From an uncultured Clostridia bacterium (GTDB lineage: Bacteria; Bacillota; Clostridia; TANB77; CAG-508), in the NCBI GenBank assembly GCA_944389475.1, contig CALXMM010000001.1, positions 8,721 to 72,720 on the forward strand: a DNA stretch of 64,000 nt, read 5' to 3'. This document shows positions 49,556-59,955 of this stretch, piece after piece. The first letter of the stretch is position 1, and every line of letters starts with the position of its first letter. The notes below the pieces were generated by a model that was not told the DNA's origin, did no database searches, and saw only the letters and a program-made list of their open reading frames with translations. The position numbers and the translations under genes were made by a program.

Positions 49556-50242
49556 TTAATCACCTTTATCTAGTTTTGGCTTATCATCAACATTCTTAAA
49601 ACTTAAGTACCATGACATACCATTTCTATTTTTTGCAATATTATTATTTCTTTCGCATAATTCTTTGAAGGTTTTTGGTGGAGGAATAAGCATAGGATTT
49701 CCAGGTACCCAATTTGCAGGTGTCATAGCACTATTTTTGTCAGCATATTGCAATGCAGTTACTGTTCTTAATATTTCTGGAATGTACCTACCGACATTCA
49801 TTGGATAAACAAAAATAGCCCTAATAATACCTTTATTATCAATAATAAATACATTTCTAACAGTTTCTGTTGAGCTTATATCATTTGTAATCATTCCATA
49901 TTTTCGTGCAATAACACCATTTAAATCTGCAATAATAGGAAAATTCACAATAATCCCAGTTTTTATATAAATATCATACAACCATGCTAGGTGAGAGTTT
50001 ATACTATCTACACTTATACCAATTAGCTCAGTATTAATTTTTTTAAAATATGTATCTGCTTTCGCAAGAGCAATTATTTCTGTTGTGCAAACAGGTGTGA
50101 AATCACCTGGATGGGAAAAGAACACAATCCATTTACCTTTATAACTAGAAAGAGAAATTTCACCGGTTGTAGAAATACCCTCAAAATCTGGAGCTTCCAT
50201 ACCAATTTTTAAATTATTATTCATCATTATTTCATAATCCAT
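49556..50242 (-). CDS. Peroxiredoxin (Prx6-like)
   Basis: FSHPGDFTPVCTTE, VRNVFIID, YPMNVGR, TPANW. Confidence 0.92.
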   Translation of the reverse strand: MDYEIMMNNNLKIGMEAPDFEGISTTGEISLSSYKGKWIVFFSHPGDFTPVCTTEIIALAKADTYFKKINTELIGISVDSINSHLAWLYDIYIKTGIIVNFPIIADLNGVIARKYGMITNDISSTETVRNVFIIDNKGIIRAIFVYPMNVGRYIPEILRTVTALQYADKNSAMTPANWVPGNPMLIPPPKTFKELCERNNNIAKNRNGMSWYLSFKNVDDKPKLDKGD

Positions 50243-50375
50243 AACAATAAACTCCTTTTTTATTTTGTTAATTTAGTATATGCAAAAAATTTAAAATTTG
50301 TTAATCATATAAATAATTTGATGGGGCTTTACTTTTTCGACATTAGTAAACTGAAAAGAAAAAAATATAGAAAAG

Positions 50376-50490
50376 CAGTCAAAAAGTGCACAACGAAGCA
50401 CTCGAAAGCTGCACAACAAAACAGTCTAAAATTGCACAACAAACTGGTCAAAAATTGCACAACAAAACAGTCAAAAAATGCACAATAAAT
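50376..50490. repeat. Five tandem 23-bp direct repeats
   Basis: Consensus CAGTCAAAAATTGCACAACAAAA with invariant TGCACAA, ending 1 bp before TTGAAA-17-TATTAT (50492-50520). Confidence 0.9.
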
Positions 50491-50614
50491 ATTGAAAATT
50501 ATAAAGGACTATGATATTATAAAAATAAATAAATGTTTAAAAATAAATTAATATTTTATTAATATATTTGAAATTATAATAATTAGTGTATGTATATAAG
50601 GAGGGTGAAAAATA

Positions 50615-51895
50615 TTGAAATTAACAAGAAAAGGTTATATTCCAAGATTAATAGATAATATTATAGAAGAAAATTTAAAGATTTTTGGAGCCATTAGTAT
50701 AGAAGGTCCAAAATGGTGTGGTAAAACTTGGACAGCTTTAAATCATTCTAAGAGTGTAACATATTTAAACAATACAGCTGATAATTTTAGAGAAAAGCAT
50801 TTAGCAGAAATGGATGTTAATTTAGTGCTAGACAAAGAAAAACCACAGCTCATTGATGAATGGCAAGAAGTTCCTGCAATATGGGATGCAGTTAGATTTA
50901 AATGCGACCAAGATAGTGAAAAGGGCAAATATATTTTAACGGGCTCAAGTGTTCCTGTAACTGATAAAATACATCATTCTGGAGCTGGAAGAATATGTAG
51001 AATGAATATGTACACAATGTCTTTATATGAATCACGAGATTCTAGTGGAGATGTGTCTTTAAAAGATTTATTTGAAAATAAAGTAAAAAATAAATTAGTA
51101 AATAAAGTTGAATTAAAAAGGCTTGCGGAATTAATTGTTAGAGGAGGATGGCCAGAAGCAATTAATATTAGTACAGCAGGAGCAATGAAAATAACTAGAA
51201 GTTATATTGATGCAGTATTGGATAAAGATATAGTTGAGATAGATGGTGTAAAAAGGGATAAAGAAAAAATGGAAATGCTTTTAAAATCACTTGCAAGAAA
51301 TGAAAGCACAATATCTAACAATAATGTTTTAATAAAAGATCTTTATGATAATATTACAGAAGATGATGTAACTATAAGTAGAAATACAATTACTGATTAT
51401 TTAGATGTATTAAATAGATTACACTTAATTGAAAATCAAAATTCTTTTATGTATAGAATACGTTCAAGATTAAATGTTGGAAAGAATCCTAAGAGACATT
51501 TTATAGACCCATCATTAGGATGTGCTGTTTTAAATATAACTCCTGAAAAATTAATTAATGATTTAGAAACATTTGGATTATATTTTGAAGCATTGTGTGA
51601 AAGAGATTTAAGAATTTATGCAGAGAGCATAGGTGCTAAATTGTATCATTATAGAGAAAATGATACAGGAATTGAAGTAGACAGTATAATCGAAATTGCA
51701 GATGGAGAATATGGTGCTATAGAAATAAAATTAGGTTCTAATAAAGAAGAAGAGGCTGCAGCTAGTTTAAAGAGATTTTATAATTTAGCAGAAGTTAAAC
51801 CTAAATTTATGTGTATAATTTGTGGTCTATATGATGCAGTCATAAAAAGACCTGATGGAATATATGTGTTACCAATTACTGCTTTAAAACCATAG
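50615..51895 (+). CDS. AAA_14 ATPase with DUF4143 C-terminal domain
   Basis: EGPKWCGKT, LIDEWQ, LTGS, HSGAGRI, RGGWP, KRHFIDPSL, EVD...AIEIK; GGAGGG with TTG start. Confidence 0.9.
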   Translation: MKLTRKGYIPRLIDNIIEENLKIFGAISIEGPKWCGKTWTALNHSKSVTYLNNTADNFREKHLAEMDVNLVLDKEKPQLIDEWQEVPAIWDAVRFKCDQDSEKGKYILTGSSVPVTDKIHHSGAGRICRMNMYTMSLYESRDSSGDVSLKDLFENKVKNKLVNKVELKRLAELIVRGGWPEAINISTAGAMKITRSYIDAVLDKDIVEIDGVKRDKEKMEMLLKSLARNESTISNNNVLIKDLYDNITEDDVTISRNTITDYLDVLNRLHLIENQNSFMYRIRSRLNVGKNPKRHFIDPSLGCAVLNITPEKLINDLETFGLYFEALCERDLRIYAESIGAKLYHYRENDTGIEVDSIIEIADGEYGAIEIKLGSNKEEEAAASLKRFYNLAEVKPKFMCIICGLYDAVIKRPDGIYVLPITALKP

Positions 51896-51966
51896 TGAAA
51901 AAAATTTGTTAATGAATAAAATCATCAAAACAGTTAACAATAAGAATAATGGGGAGGTTGATTATT

Positions 51967-52128
51967 ATGGAAATTAATCAAAAAATACATTGTTCTGTTG
52001 GTAGTTGCAAATATAATGACTTAACAACACAAGAATGTAAATTAAAAGCAATAAATGTTATGCCAAATGAAAATGTGCATACTGGAAACGCAAAAGAAAC
52101 TATGTGTGTTAGCTACAAAAAAGATTAA
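51967..52128 (+). CDS. DUF1540 family small Cys-rich protein (not in the ORF track)
   Basis: 53 aa NQKIHCSVGSCKYN...CKLKAINV...ETMCVSY; GGAGG RBS. Confidence 0.8.
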   Translation: MEINQKIHCSVGSCKYNDLTTQECKLKAINVMPNENVHTGNAKETMCVSYKKD

Positions 52129-52145
52129 TAGGGTTTAAAAGGAAA

Positions 52146-52175
52146 AAGACATTATCTAAAATTAGGTAATGTCTT
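52146..52175. terminator. Hairpin between convergent genes
   Basis: AAGACATTATCTAA-AA-TTAGGTAATGTCTT. Confidence 0.65.
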
Positions 52176-52629
52176 AAATATTTTTCTCTCTCAAATTTTT
52201 AGCTATTTGCTTATTTGCATCCTTTTTCTTTAAATCTTCTCTTTTATCATATAATTTTTTACCTTTACCAACACCTAGTTCAAGTTTCACAAAACTTCCT
52301 TTAAAATATATATTTAATGGAACTAAAGTATATCCTTTTTGCTTAATTTGACCATAAAGTTTTTGAATTTCTTTTTTATGTAATAATAATTTCTTAGGTC
52401 TTAAAGGGTCTTTATTATATATATTTCCATGCTCATATGGACTGATATGTAAATTATATACAAAGCATTCTCCATTTGAAATTGTTGCATAGCTATCTTT
52501 TAAATTAACTTTTCCAAGTCTTATAGATTTAATTTCTGTACCAGATAAAACAATTCCTGTTTCGTAGGTATCTATTATCTCATAGTTATGTCTTGCTGTA
52601 GGATTTTTTGCTATTAATTTAGTATTCAT
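52174..52629 (-). CDS. smpB: SsrA-binding protein
   Basis: ARHNY, ETGIVLSGTEIKSIR, HISPY, KLLLHKKEI, GKKLYDKRE. Confidence 0.97.
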   Translation of the reverse strand: MNTKLIAKNPTARHNYEIIDTYETGIVLSGTEIKSIRLGKVNLKDSYATISNGECFVYNLHISPYEHGNIYNKDPLRPKKLLLHKKEIQKLYGQIKQKGYTLVPLNIYFKGSFVKLELGVGKGKKLYDKREDLKKKDANKQIAKNLREKNI

Positions 52630-52768
52630 TTTTCACACTCCTTGACTTTGTTACATTTTTGCAAGTTAGCTATTTAGTATTATAACATGAATAATAGAAA
52701 AGTAAAGATTAAGCTGCTACAAAAAGTAACAGCTTAAATTAAAATACCCATAAAGGGTTTATCTGAAA

Positions 52769-53203
52769 TTATTCATCACGATTTCTTTTAACTAAATACC
52801 ATATAAGAAATGCAATACCCATAACAACTGCTACTACTATTATCCAAGACCATACTGTACCATTGGAAAAAGCTGAGGTAGCAGCATTCGTGGCGGTTCT
52901 AGTTGCATTATATGCACCATCTCTCATGTCTGTAGCAACTTCGCCAACACCATTTGTAAAATCTTTTGTCTGTTCTTTAGTTTTTGTAACAACATTATTA
53001 GACATATCTCTTATTGTGTTAGAAGTGTTCTGGACAGCGCCTGATACATCTTGCATGGCATTTTCTGTATGTCCAACACCGTTTTTGGTAGATTCTGCAG
53101 CCTTATGAATCATATCATTGTCAGCAAAAGAATTACCAGTTATAAAAATTACTATTACAGCAGAAAATATAATAAAAGAAATCTTTTTAGCTATATTAGC
53201 CAT
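52769..53203 (-). CDS. Hypothetical exported protein with a C-terminal membrane anchor
   Basis: Signal-peptide-like N-terminus, A/T/N-rich helical middle, C-terminal TM plus basic tail; AGGAGG RBS. Confidence 0.7.
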   Translation of the reverse strand: MANIAKKISFIIFSAVIVIFITGNSFADNDMIHKAAESTKNGVGHTENAMQDVSGAVQNTSNTIRDMSNNVVTKTKEQTKDFTNGVGEVATDMRDGAYNATRTATNAATSAFSNGTVWSWIIVVAVVMGIAFLIWYLVKRNRDE

Positions 53204-53315
53204 AATTTACCTCCTGCTAAATATTGAGGTTAAAAATACCTCAATATTATTTTTAGAAATTAACAAAAAAATATGCAAAAAAAATAAACCAATCTAGTTA
53301 AAGATTGGTAAAAAA

Positions 53316-53627
53316 TTAATGTTTTAATCTAATTAAAATGGCAATACTTAATAATATAAGTAAAATTCCAATAACAATTAATAAAATATTTAAAATATTA
53401 GAAATATCTAAACCACTACTACTAGAAGAAGTTGTTGTAGTAGAAGTAGTAGAATATGTTGATGGTGTACTTGTTTGGTATGTGTTTGCTGTACTATTAG
53501 AAGAAGTTCTATTAGCTGCAAGATTCATATCTATATCATCAGCTGATACTGCAAAAGCAGGTGCTATATTTACAAAAAATAAACTTAAGATTATTGCTGG
53601 CAATATTATTAAAATTTTTTTCATCAT
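53316..53627 (-). CDS. Hypothetical exported Ser/Thr-rich protein with C-terminal TM
   Basis: Signal peptide (AFA), S/T-rich linker, hydrophobic C-terminus; AGGAGG RBS. Confidence 0.7.
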   Translation of the reverse strand: MMKKILIILPAIILSLFFVNIAPAFAVSADDIDMNLAANRTSSNSTANTYQTSTPSTYSTTSTTTTSSSSSGLDISNILNILLIVIGILLILLSIAILIRLKH

Positions 53628-53846
53628 ATGTTTTAACCCTCCTAAAATGTCCCTTGTTTATATTATCTATTTTATATGCTATTATCATACACAAAAACTA
53701 AAAAAAAGTCCATACAAAACTAAAAAAAATTAAAAAATATTGACAATGGAAGATATTAAATGTATCTTAAAAACGAGAGAAATAAAGGTTAAAAAATTAA
53801 AATTTGTGATTTCCGCAGAAAAAGCAATAGCGGAGGTAAGGAAGGA

Positions 53847-56312
53847 ATGAGATTAAATATGAATGATTATTTACTAAAGATAGCTAATAGCAAAGAACTT
53901 GAATTATATAGAAACTTGGACAAAGCAACATTAAAGATTATTTTAATGTATTTAAAAAATAATTTAATAGAAATATATAAGCAAACAGAGCAAGAAGCTA
54001 AAAATAATGAAGTAAGATATGCAATAATAAAAAGTTGTATTCCATCAGAATATAATTATTTGGAATTTTTAATGGATTGTAGACACAAGATAGATTTAAA
54101 TACAGCAAGAACTGTATTCATAGAAAAAATCACAGAAAAAAAATTAAAATGTCCAAATTGCGAGCTTAAATACTGTATAAAATATTTAATAAGAAATTTA
54201 TTATATAAAATCACAATTCTACAAAATAGAGACCATTCTTTAATTAATATAATTGAATTAATTAATATCTATATAAATGAATATGAGGCTAAAGAATATG
54301 ATAACAAAACTATGGACTTCTCAAATATAGATACAGTAACATTAATGTATGTTGATATGATTCTTGAAAATAAATTTATCAAACTAGAGGATTTTAACAA
54401 AGAAACTGGTATAGCTAAATTTAATGTATTAAATTTGGTAAGATTGGAAAATTACATATATTACATTAATAAACTACATGCATATTATTCCGGAGCTTAT
54501 AAAAATGAGCTAGAGTTGAATATAAAGGACTTTGCAGATTCAATAGGAAACTCTAAATATGAAGAATTTGAGTATATATATAAATTAGCAGCTTACTACA
54601 CATATTTAATTGAATATGAAAACATTAATGTAATAAATCAATTAAGGAAATATTTACAAGAGCAAAATATCAATAAAATGAGTAATAGGAGCAAATATTT
54701 TAATAAACTATATTCGGACAAAGTTGACAAACTCTCATGCAATAAAGAAACAAAAACCAGGATAAAAAGCTTATTCAACTATGTTTTAAACTTTGATTAT
54801 AGTACACCAACACCATTTATTCCAATAAATATCGTAATGTATACAGAAGATAGAGAAATGGCTATAAATATTTCGGAATTGATAGGTGAATACATGTGGT
54901 TCTTCTTATATTTAAAAGATAGAACAAAATATTATGAATATTCCATGAACGAAATTATTTCGGATAAAAGAATAATAAATAACATGTATGTGGATGAGGT
55001 AGATGGAAAGCTAGTTTATAAATACGGAATTCTAAGAATTATGGATTTCCAAAATATAATTTATGCTTCTGATAAAGAGCAAAATATAATTTTAAATTTA
55101 TTGACCGAAAAAATATTAAAGAATAATTCTAGAATTGTTACTATGATTTATGGTAATAAAGATATTATTAAGGGAATTTTAGATAAACATCCAATTCTTG
55201 CTGAAAATTTATTTAATATAGAGCTAAATATTGATGAATTAAAAATAGATGAGGTTTACCAAATTGTTATAGAAAAATTAGCTTTAACAGAAAAATTAAC
55301 AGATGAAATAAAGCAGAAAATATATAATTACATAAAATTAAGTTATGGAAGTAGTGAAATAAAAAATACGGAATATGCAAAAGTGTTATTCAACAAAATT
55401 ATTTTAAATGCAAATAGAAATTTTAATACAAACCATAAACAAGAATTATCATTGGATGACATACCTAATTTATATAATGTAAGGGATTTACCAGAAATTT
55501 TATCAGATTTAAATAACTTAATAGGATTAGGAAAAATAAAGGAACAAATAAAGAATCTAGTTAGCTTATTAAAATTTAATAAAAAAGCAAATATAGATAT
55601 CTCTAAATTTAATTTGCATATGGTATTTACCGGAAATCCTGGAACTGGTAAAACAACAGTGGCAAGGCTTTTAAGTGATATTCTATACAACTTAGGATAT
55701 ACAAAGAAAAATAAACTTGTAGAAGTTTCAGCTAAAGATTTAATTGCAGAATATGTTGGTCAAACAGCAGGTAAAACATATAATGTTTTAAAATCAGCTT
55801 TTGGAGGAGTACTTTTTATAGATGAAGCATATTCAATTGTAGAAAATGGTTCCAATGCTTCTTTTGCAAGTGATTGTATGACAACTATTTTAAAAGTAAT
55901 GGAAGACCAAAGAGACAATTTAATAGTAATCTTTGCAGGATATGAAAAGCAAATGGAGAATTTTATAAAATTCAATCCGGGCTTAAAGTCTAGAATTGGA
56001 TATACAATAAAATTTGATGATTATACAAAACAGGAGTTATTAGATATATTCAAACAATTACTAGACAAAAACAATTTAAAAATTACAGATGGAGCATTAA
56101 ACAAAGTTGAGAATATTATAGAAGTTTCAAGTAAAATAGAAGACTTTGGTAATGCGAGATATATAAATCAAATATATCAAGATATTTTAATAGAACATTC
56201 AAAAAATGTAGAAAATATAGACAATAAGGAAAATCTAATGACAATTACAGAAGATGATATAGACACCGCAAAATTAGAGGTAAAGAATGATACAAGAAGG
56301 ATAGGGTTTTAG
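53847..56312 (+). CDS. SpoVK/CbbX-like AAA+ ATPase with long N-terminal extension
   Basis: HMVFTGNPGTGKTTVARL, YVGQTA, GGVLFIDEAYS, IFAGY, NPGLKSRI, FGNAR, C-terminal IGF. Confidence 0.85.
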   Translation: MRLNMNDYLLKIANSKELELYRNLDKATLKIILMYLKNNLIEIYKQTEQEAKNNEVRYAIIKSCIPSEYNYLEFLMDCRHKIDLNTARTVFIEKITEKKLKCPNCELKYCIKYLIRNLLYKITILQNRDHSLINIIELINIYINEYEAKEYDNKTMDFSNIDTVTLMYVDMILENKFIKLEDFNKETGIAKFNVLNLVRLENYIYYINKLHAYYSGAYKNELELNIKDFADSIGNSKYEEFEYIYKLAAYYTYLIEYENINVINQLRKYLQEQNINKMSNRSKYFNKLYSDKVDKLSCNKETKTRIKSLFNYVLNFDYSTPTPFIPINIVMYTEDREMAINISELIGEYMWFFLYLKDRTKYYEYSMNEIISDKRIINNMYVDEVDGKLVYKYGILRIMDFQNIIYASDKEQNIILNLLTEKILKNNSRIVTMIYGNKDIIKGILDKHPILAENLFNIELNIDELKIDEVYQIVIEKLALTEKLTDEIKQKIYNYIKLSYGSSEIKNTEYAKVLFNKIILNANRNFNTNHKQELSLDDIPNLYNVRDLPEILSDLNNLIGLGKIKEQIKNLVSLLKFNKKANIDISKFNLHMVFTGNPGTGKTTVARLLSDILYNLGYTKKNKLVEVSAKDLIAEYVGQTAGKTYNVLKSAFGGVLFIDEAYSIVENGSNASFASDCMTTILKVMEDQRDNLIVIFAGYEKQMENFIKFNPGLKSRIGYTIKFDDYTKQELLDIFKQLLDKNNLKITDGALNKVENIIEVSSKIEDFGNARYINQIYQDILIEHSKNVENIDNKENLMTITEDDIDTAKLEVKNDTRRIGF

Positions 56313-56446
56313 GAAAGATAGAATTCATCTAGTATTTATAAATAAGAAAAAGAATTTTAGGAGCATGTTAGAGAATAGTTTAAAACAAATTACTGTCATT
56401 GCTATGTGTGCCTTTAGAACGAAACGAGAAAGGAATGGAATTTAAT

Positions 56447-56953
56447 ATGGATAAAACAGCATTTTTTAAATTATCTTATGGTTTATACATAATAACTACA
56501 AAATATGAGGAACATTTTGCAGGATGTGTTGTAAATACTGTTGTACAAGCCACATCAGAAGATAGGCCAAAATTATTGGTTACTGTGAACAAAGAAAATG
56601 ATACAAATGTAACAATGAAAAAATCTAAGAAAGTAAATATATCAGTTTTATCACAAGAAGCAGATATGCTTTTGATTGGAAAATTTGGTTTTAGAAGTAG
56701 TAAAGATTTTAATAAATTAGATGGAACTGAGAATATAACTGGAGCAAATGGAATTCCAGTAGTTACACAAGCTACAGTTTCTTATATAGAAGCAAAGATA
56801 ATAAATGAAATAGATTGCGGAACTCACACAGTGTTTGTGTTAGAAGCAACAGAGGCTAAAAAATTAAATGATAAACCAGTTCTTACTTATGATTATTACC
56901 ACAATGTTATTAAAGGGAAGACACCACCAAAGGCTTCATCTTTTAGTGATTAA
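56447..56953 (+). CDS. Flavin reductase family protein
   Basis: LSYGLYII, FGFRS, CGTHTVF, TYDYYH..IKG.TP. Confidence 0.88.
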   Translation: MDKTAFFKLSYGLYIITTKYEEHFAGCVVNTVVQATSEDRPKLLVTVNKENDTNVTMKKSKKVNISVLSQEADMLLIGKFGFRSSKDFNKLDGTENITGANGIPVVTQATVSYIEAKIINEIDCGTHTVFVLEATEAKKLNDKPVLTYDYYHNVIKGKTPPKASSFSD

Positions 56954-57070
56954 CGGTTTTTATGGGACTTTTATAAATTGAAGAATTGGAATAGAAACTT
57001 TAATGGTGATTAACAGTTTTTAGGAGACAATGCTAAAAAGCTAGTGAGCTTATTAAGTGAGGTGGAAAAA

Positions 57071-57901
57071 ATGTTAAATATAGGATGCCATTTATCAATA
57101 TCTAAAGGCTATGAAAATATGGGAAAAGAAGCATTAAAGATAAATGCAAATACTTTTCAGTTTTTTACGCGTAATCCAAGGGGTGGGAAAATAAAAGAAT
57201 TAAACGAAGAGGACATAAATAAATTGTTAGAACTTATGAAAGAACATAATTTTCCAATTATTCTAGCACATGCGCCATATACAATGAATTTATGTTCAGA
57301 TAAAGCAGACATTAGAGATTTTGCTAAAAATATGATGAAAGAAGATTTGGATAGAATGGAATATTTGCCGGGAAATATGTATAATTTTCACCCGGGAAGT
57401 CATGTTGGACAAGGTGTAGAAGTTGGAATACAATATATTTCCGAAGCACTTAATGAAGTTCTAACAAAAGAGCAATCAACTACGGTTTTACTAGAGACAA
57501 TGGCAGGCAAAGGAACTGAAATAGGAAGAAGTTTTGAAGAATTAAAAATGATTATGGACAAGGTAGAACTAAAAGAAAAATTGGGTGTATGCTTAGATAC
57601 TTGTCACGTAAATGATGCAGGATATGACCTAAATAATTTGGATGTTCTTTTGAAACAATTTGATAAGATTATAGGATTAAAATATTTAAAAGCAATACAT
57701 TTAAATGATAGTATGAATGTAGTGGGAGCACATAAGGATAGACATCAAAAAATTGGAGAAGGAACAATTGGTATTGATGTGTTTGAAAAAATTATTAATC
57801 ATCCTAAATTAAGGAATTTGCCATTTTATTTGGAAACTCCAAATGACTTAAATGGATATGCAAAAGAAATAAAATTATTAAGAGGTTTGTATAAAGAATA
57901 G
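57071..57901 (+). CDS. nfo: Endonuclease IV
   Basis: [47 protein letters not shown]. Confidence 0.95.
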   Translation: MLNIGCHLSISKGYENMGKEALKINANTFQFFTRNPRGGKIKELNEEDINKLLELMKEHNFPIILAHAPYTMNLCSDKADIRDFAKNMMKEDLDRMEYLPGNMYNFHPGSHVGQGVEVGIQYISEALNEVLTKEQSTTVLLETMAGKGTEIGRSFEELKMIMDKVELKEKLGVCLDTCHVNDAGYDLNNLDVLLKQFDKIIGLKYLKAIHLNDSMNVVGAHKDRHQKIGEGTIGIDVFEKIINHPKLRNLPFYLETPNDLNGYAKEIKLLRGLYKE

Positions 57902-57978
57902 GGGAAAACAATAAAAAAGCTTTATAAAAAACTTAAAAATAGAAATAAAGACAATATATAAAGAATAGGAGTGAAAAA

Positions 57979-58923
57979 ATGCTTTCAGTAATGGAGGTAA
58001 AGAAAAAATTACCAAATGATTTTATAGAGAATTTATATAGTTTACATTCACCACTAGTAGCGGATAAGATATTAGCAGGTATGGCAGAAAAAAGAAATAC
58101 TACTTTGCGTGTAAATACCTTAAAATATAATATCCTAGATTTGATGAGATATTTTAGAGAGATAAATATAAAATTTGAAAGAGTACCTTTTTATGAAAAT
58201 GCATTAATATTAAAAAATGCAACAGAAAAAGATGTCCAAAAATTAGATATATATGAAAATGGATATATTTATTTGCAAAGTTTATCCAGTATGGTTCCAC
58301 CATTAGTTTTAGGTGCAAAAGAAAATGAAGAAGTGCTAGATATGGCTTCTGCACCTGGAAGTAAGACAACGCAAATATCTGCAATGATGAATAATACGGG
58401 ACATATTTTTGCAAATGAATTGGATAAAATAAGGTGTGAAAGATTAAAATTTAATTTGGAGAATCAAGGAGCTACAAATGTTGAAGTTATAAATGGCAGA
58501 GGGGAAAGTCTTGGAAACAAATATCCTGAAAAATTTGATAAAGTTTTATTAGATACTCCTTGTAGTGGAGAAGGGAGATTTATTGCTGAAATCCCTAGTA
58601 CATATAGAAATTGGTCAGAGCGAACAGTGAAAGATTTGGCTAAGCTACAAAAGAAATTAATAAAGAGCGGATATAATGCTCTAAAACCTAATGGAATTAT
58701 GGTTTATTCTACTTGTACTTTGAACTTGGAAGAGAATGAAAATATTTTATCTTGGGCTTTGGAAAATTTGAATTTGAAAATGCTTGATATTGATATAAAT
58801 ATAAAAAGTGCGATTAAAGGAGATAATACTGATACTTTTAAAGATATCGATAAGGCTATAAAGATTTTGCCTACTAGGGAGATGGAAGGATTCTTTGTGG
58901 CAAAGTTGAAAAAGGTTGTATAA
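57979..58923 (+). CDS. RsmB/NOP (RsmF-like) RNA m5C methyltransferase
   Basis: DMASAPGSKT, DTPCSGEG, YSTCT..EENE, EGFFVA. Confidence 0.92.
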   Translation: MLSVMEVKKKLPNDFIENLYSLHSPLVADKILAGMAEKRNTTLRVNTLKYNILDLMRYFREINIKFERVPFYENALILKNATEKDVQKLDIYENGYIYLQSLSSMVPPLVLGAKENEEVLDMASAPGSKTTQISAMMNNTGHIFANELDKIRCERLKFNLENQGATNVEVINGRGESLGNKYPEKFDKVLLDTPCSGEGRFIAEIPSTYRNWSERTVKDLAKLQKKLIKSGYNALKPNGIMVYSTCTLNLEENENILSWALENLNLKMLDIDINIKSAIKGDNTDTFKDIDKAIKILPTREMEGFFVAKLKKVV

Positions 58924-58978
58924 TATATAAATTGGTTGCAATAGCCATGAACGAAAATAAAGTGAATATTTTGTTTTT

Positions 58979-59019
58979 AAAATTAGTACTATTTTAAATA
59001 GATAGTGCTAATTTTTTTT
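58979..59019 (+). terminator. Intrinsic terminator
   Basis: AAAATTAGTACTAT...ATAGTGCTAATTTTTTTT. Confidence 0.6.
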
Positions 59020-59133
59020 GAAAATGTAAAAAAAAGGGATTTGTTATGCAAAAAAAATGACAAAAAAGGTAGAAATTTGTAGAAAATGTGTTATAATTGT
59101 AAGGCGACAAAAAAATAAAAGGGGAAGTATAAT

Positions 59134-59940
59134 ATGAAAAAGAAAAAAATATTAAAAAATATAATTAATTTAATTATATTATTTTTAAGTACGGAATTAA
59201 TAAATATTCTTTTAAAAGAAATTCCTGAGCTTAATAATATTGATCTTAGATTAGTATTTATATTCATAATTGCAAATTATATGGGAACAAAATATGGAGT
59301 TGTATCTGCTATATTAGCAAGTATAATATATATTTTGCAAAATTATAGTGGAGTTTTAGATGTAAGTATAATAATGTTAAATACAAACAATTGGTTACAG
59401 ATAGCCATTTATTTAGCTTTTGCAATCATAATAGGATTAAAACATGATAAAGATAATTTAAAAATAAATTCATTAAATAATTCTATTGATGAATATAAAG
59501 AAAAAGAAGAAGTTAATAATAAAAAAATACAAGCATATGAGGATGAATTAAAAGAATTTAATCAAGTATTATTAACTCATAAAAAAACTTATTTCCAAGT
59601 TTCAAATTTTTTACATCAAATAGATTTAGTAAAGTATGATAATAAAAAAATTAGTAATTATTTAAAAGATATTTTAGATAATGAAACCTGTGAATTTACT
59701 AATATACAATCAATAGAAAAATTCCTTGACAATAGAAGTATGACTACAGTTGGAGAAGAACATATATGGATAAATAAAGATTTAAGCGAAGAAAAGCCTT
59801 GCTATATAGTTCCTATATCAATTGAAAGTCAAGATTATGCTGTTGTAATTTGGAAGTGCAAATTTGAACAAATGAATACTGATTATAGAAATCAAATAAT
59901 AGGTATTGCTAAAATTATAAAATATGCATTATCACATTAG
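59134..59940 (+). CDS. Short PelD-like membrane protein (4 TM, coiled coil, GAF-like remnant)
   Basis: First gene of a pel-like operon; four N-terminal TM helices; C-terminal ..VVIW...FEQM.. segment; no GGDEF region. Confidence 0.55.
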   Translation: MKKKKILKNIINLIILFLSTELINILLKEIPELNNIDLRLVFIFIIANYMGTKYGVVSAILASIIYILQNYSGVLDVSIIMLNTNNWLQIAIYLAFAIIIGLKHDKDNLKINSLNNSIDEYKEKEEVNNKKIQAYEDELKEFNQVLLTHKKTYFQVSNFLHQIDLVKYDNKKISNYLKDILDNETCEFTNIQSIEKFLDNRSMTTVGEEHIWINKDLSEEKPCYIVPISIESQDYAVVIWKCKFEQMNTDYRNQIIGIAKIIKYALSH

Positions 59941-59955
59941 AAAGGAATTACCATA

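Noticed and set aside
50376-50490. CRISPR array
   Set aside because: Units are contiguous with no unique spacers and no cas genes are present.
51896-52770. tmRNA (ssrA) next to smpB
   Set aside because: No GGGG...CCACCA tRNA-like ends and the intergenic space is too short.
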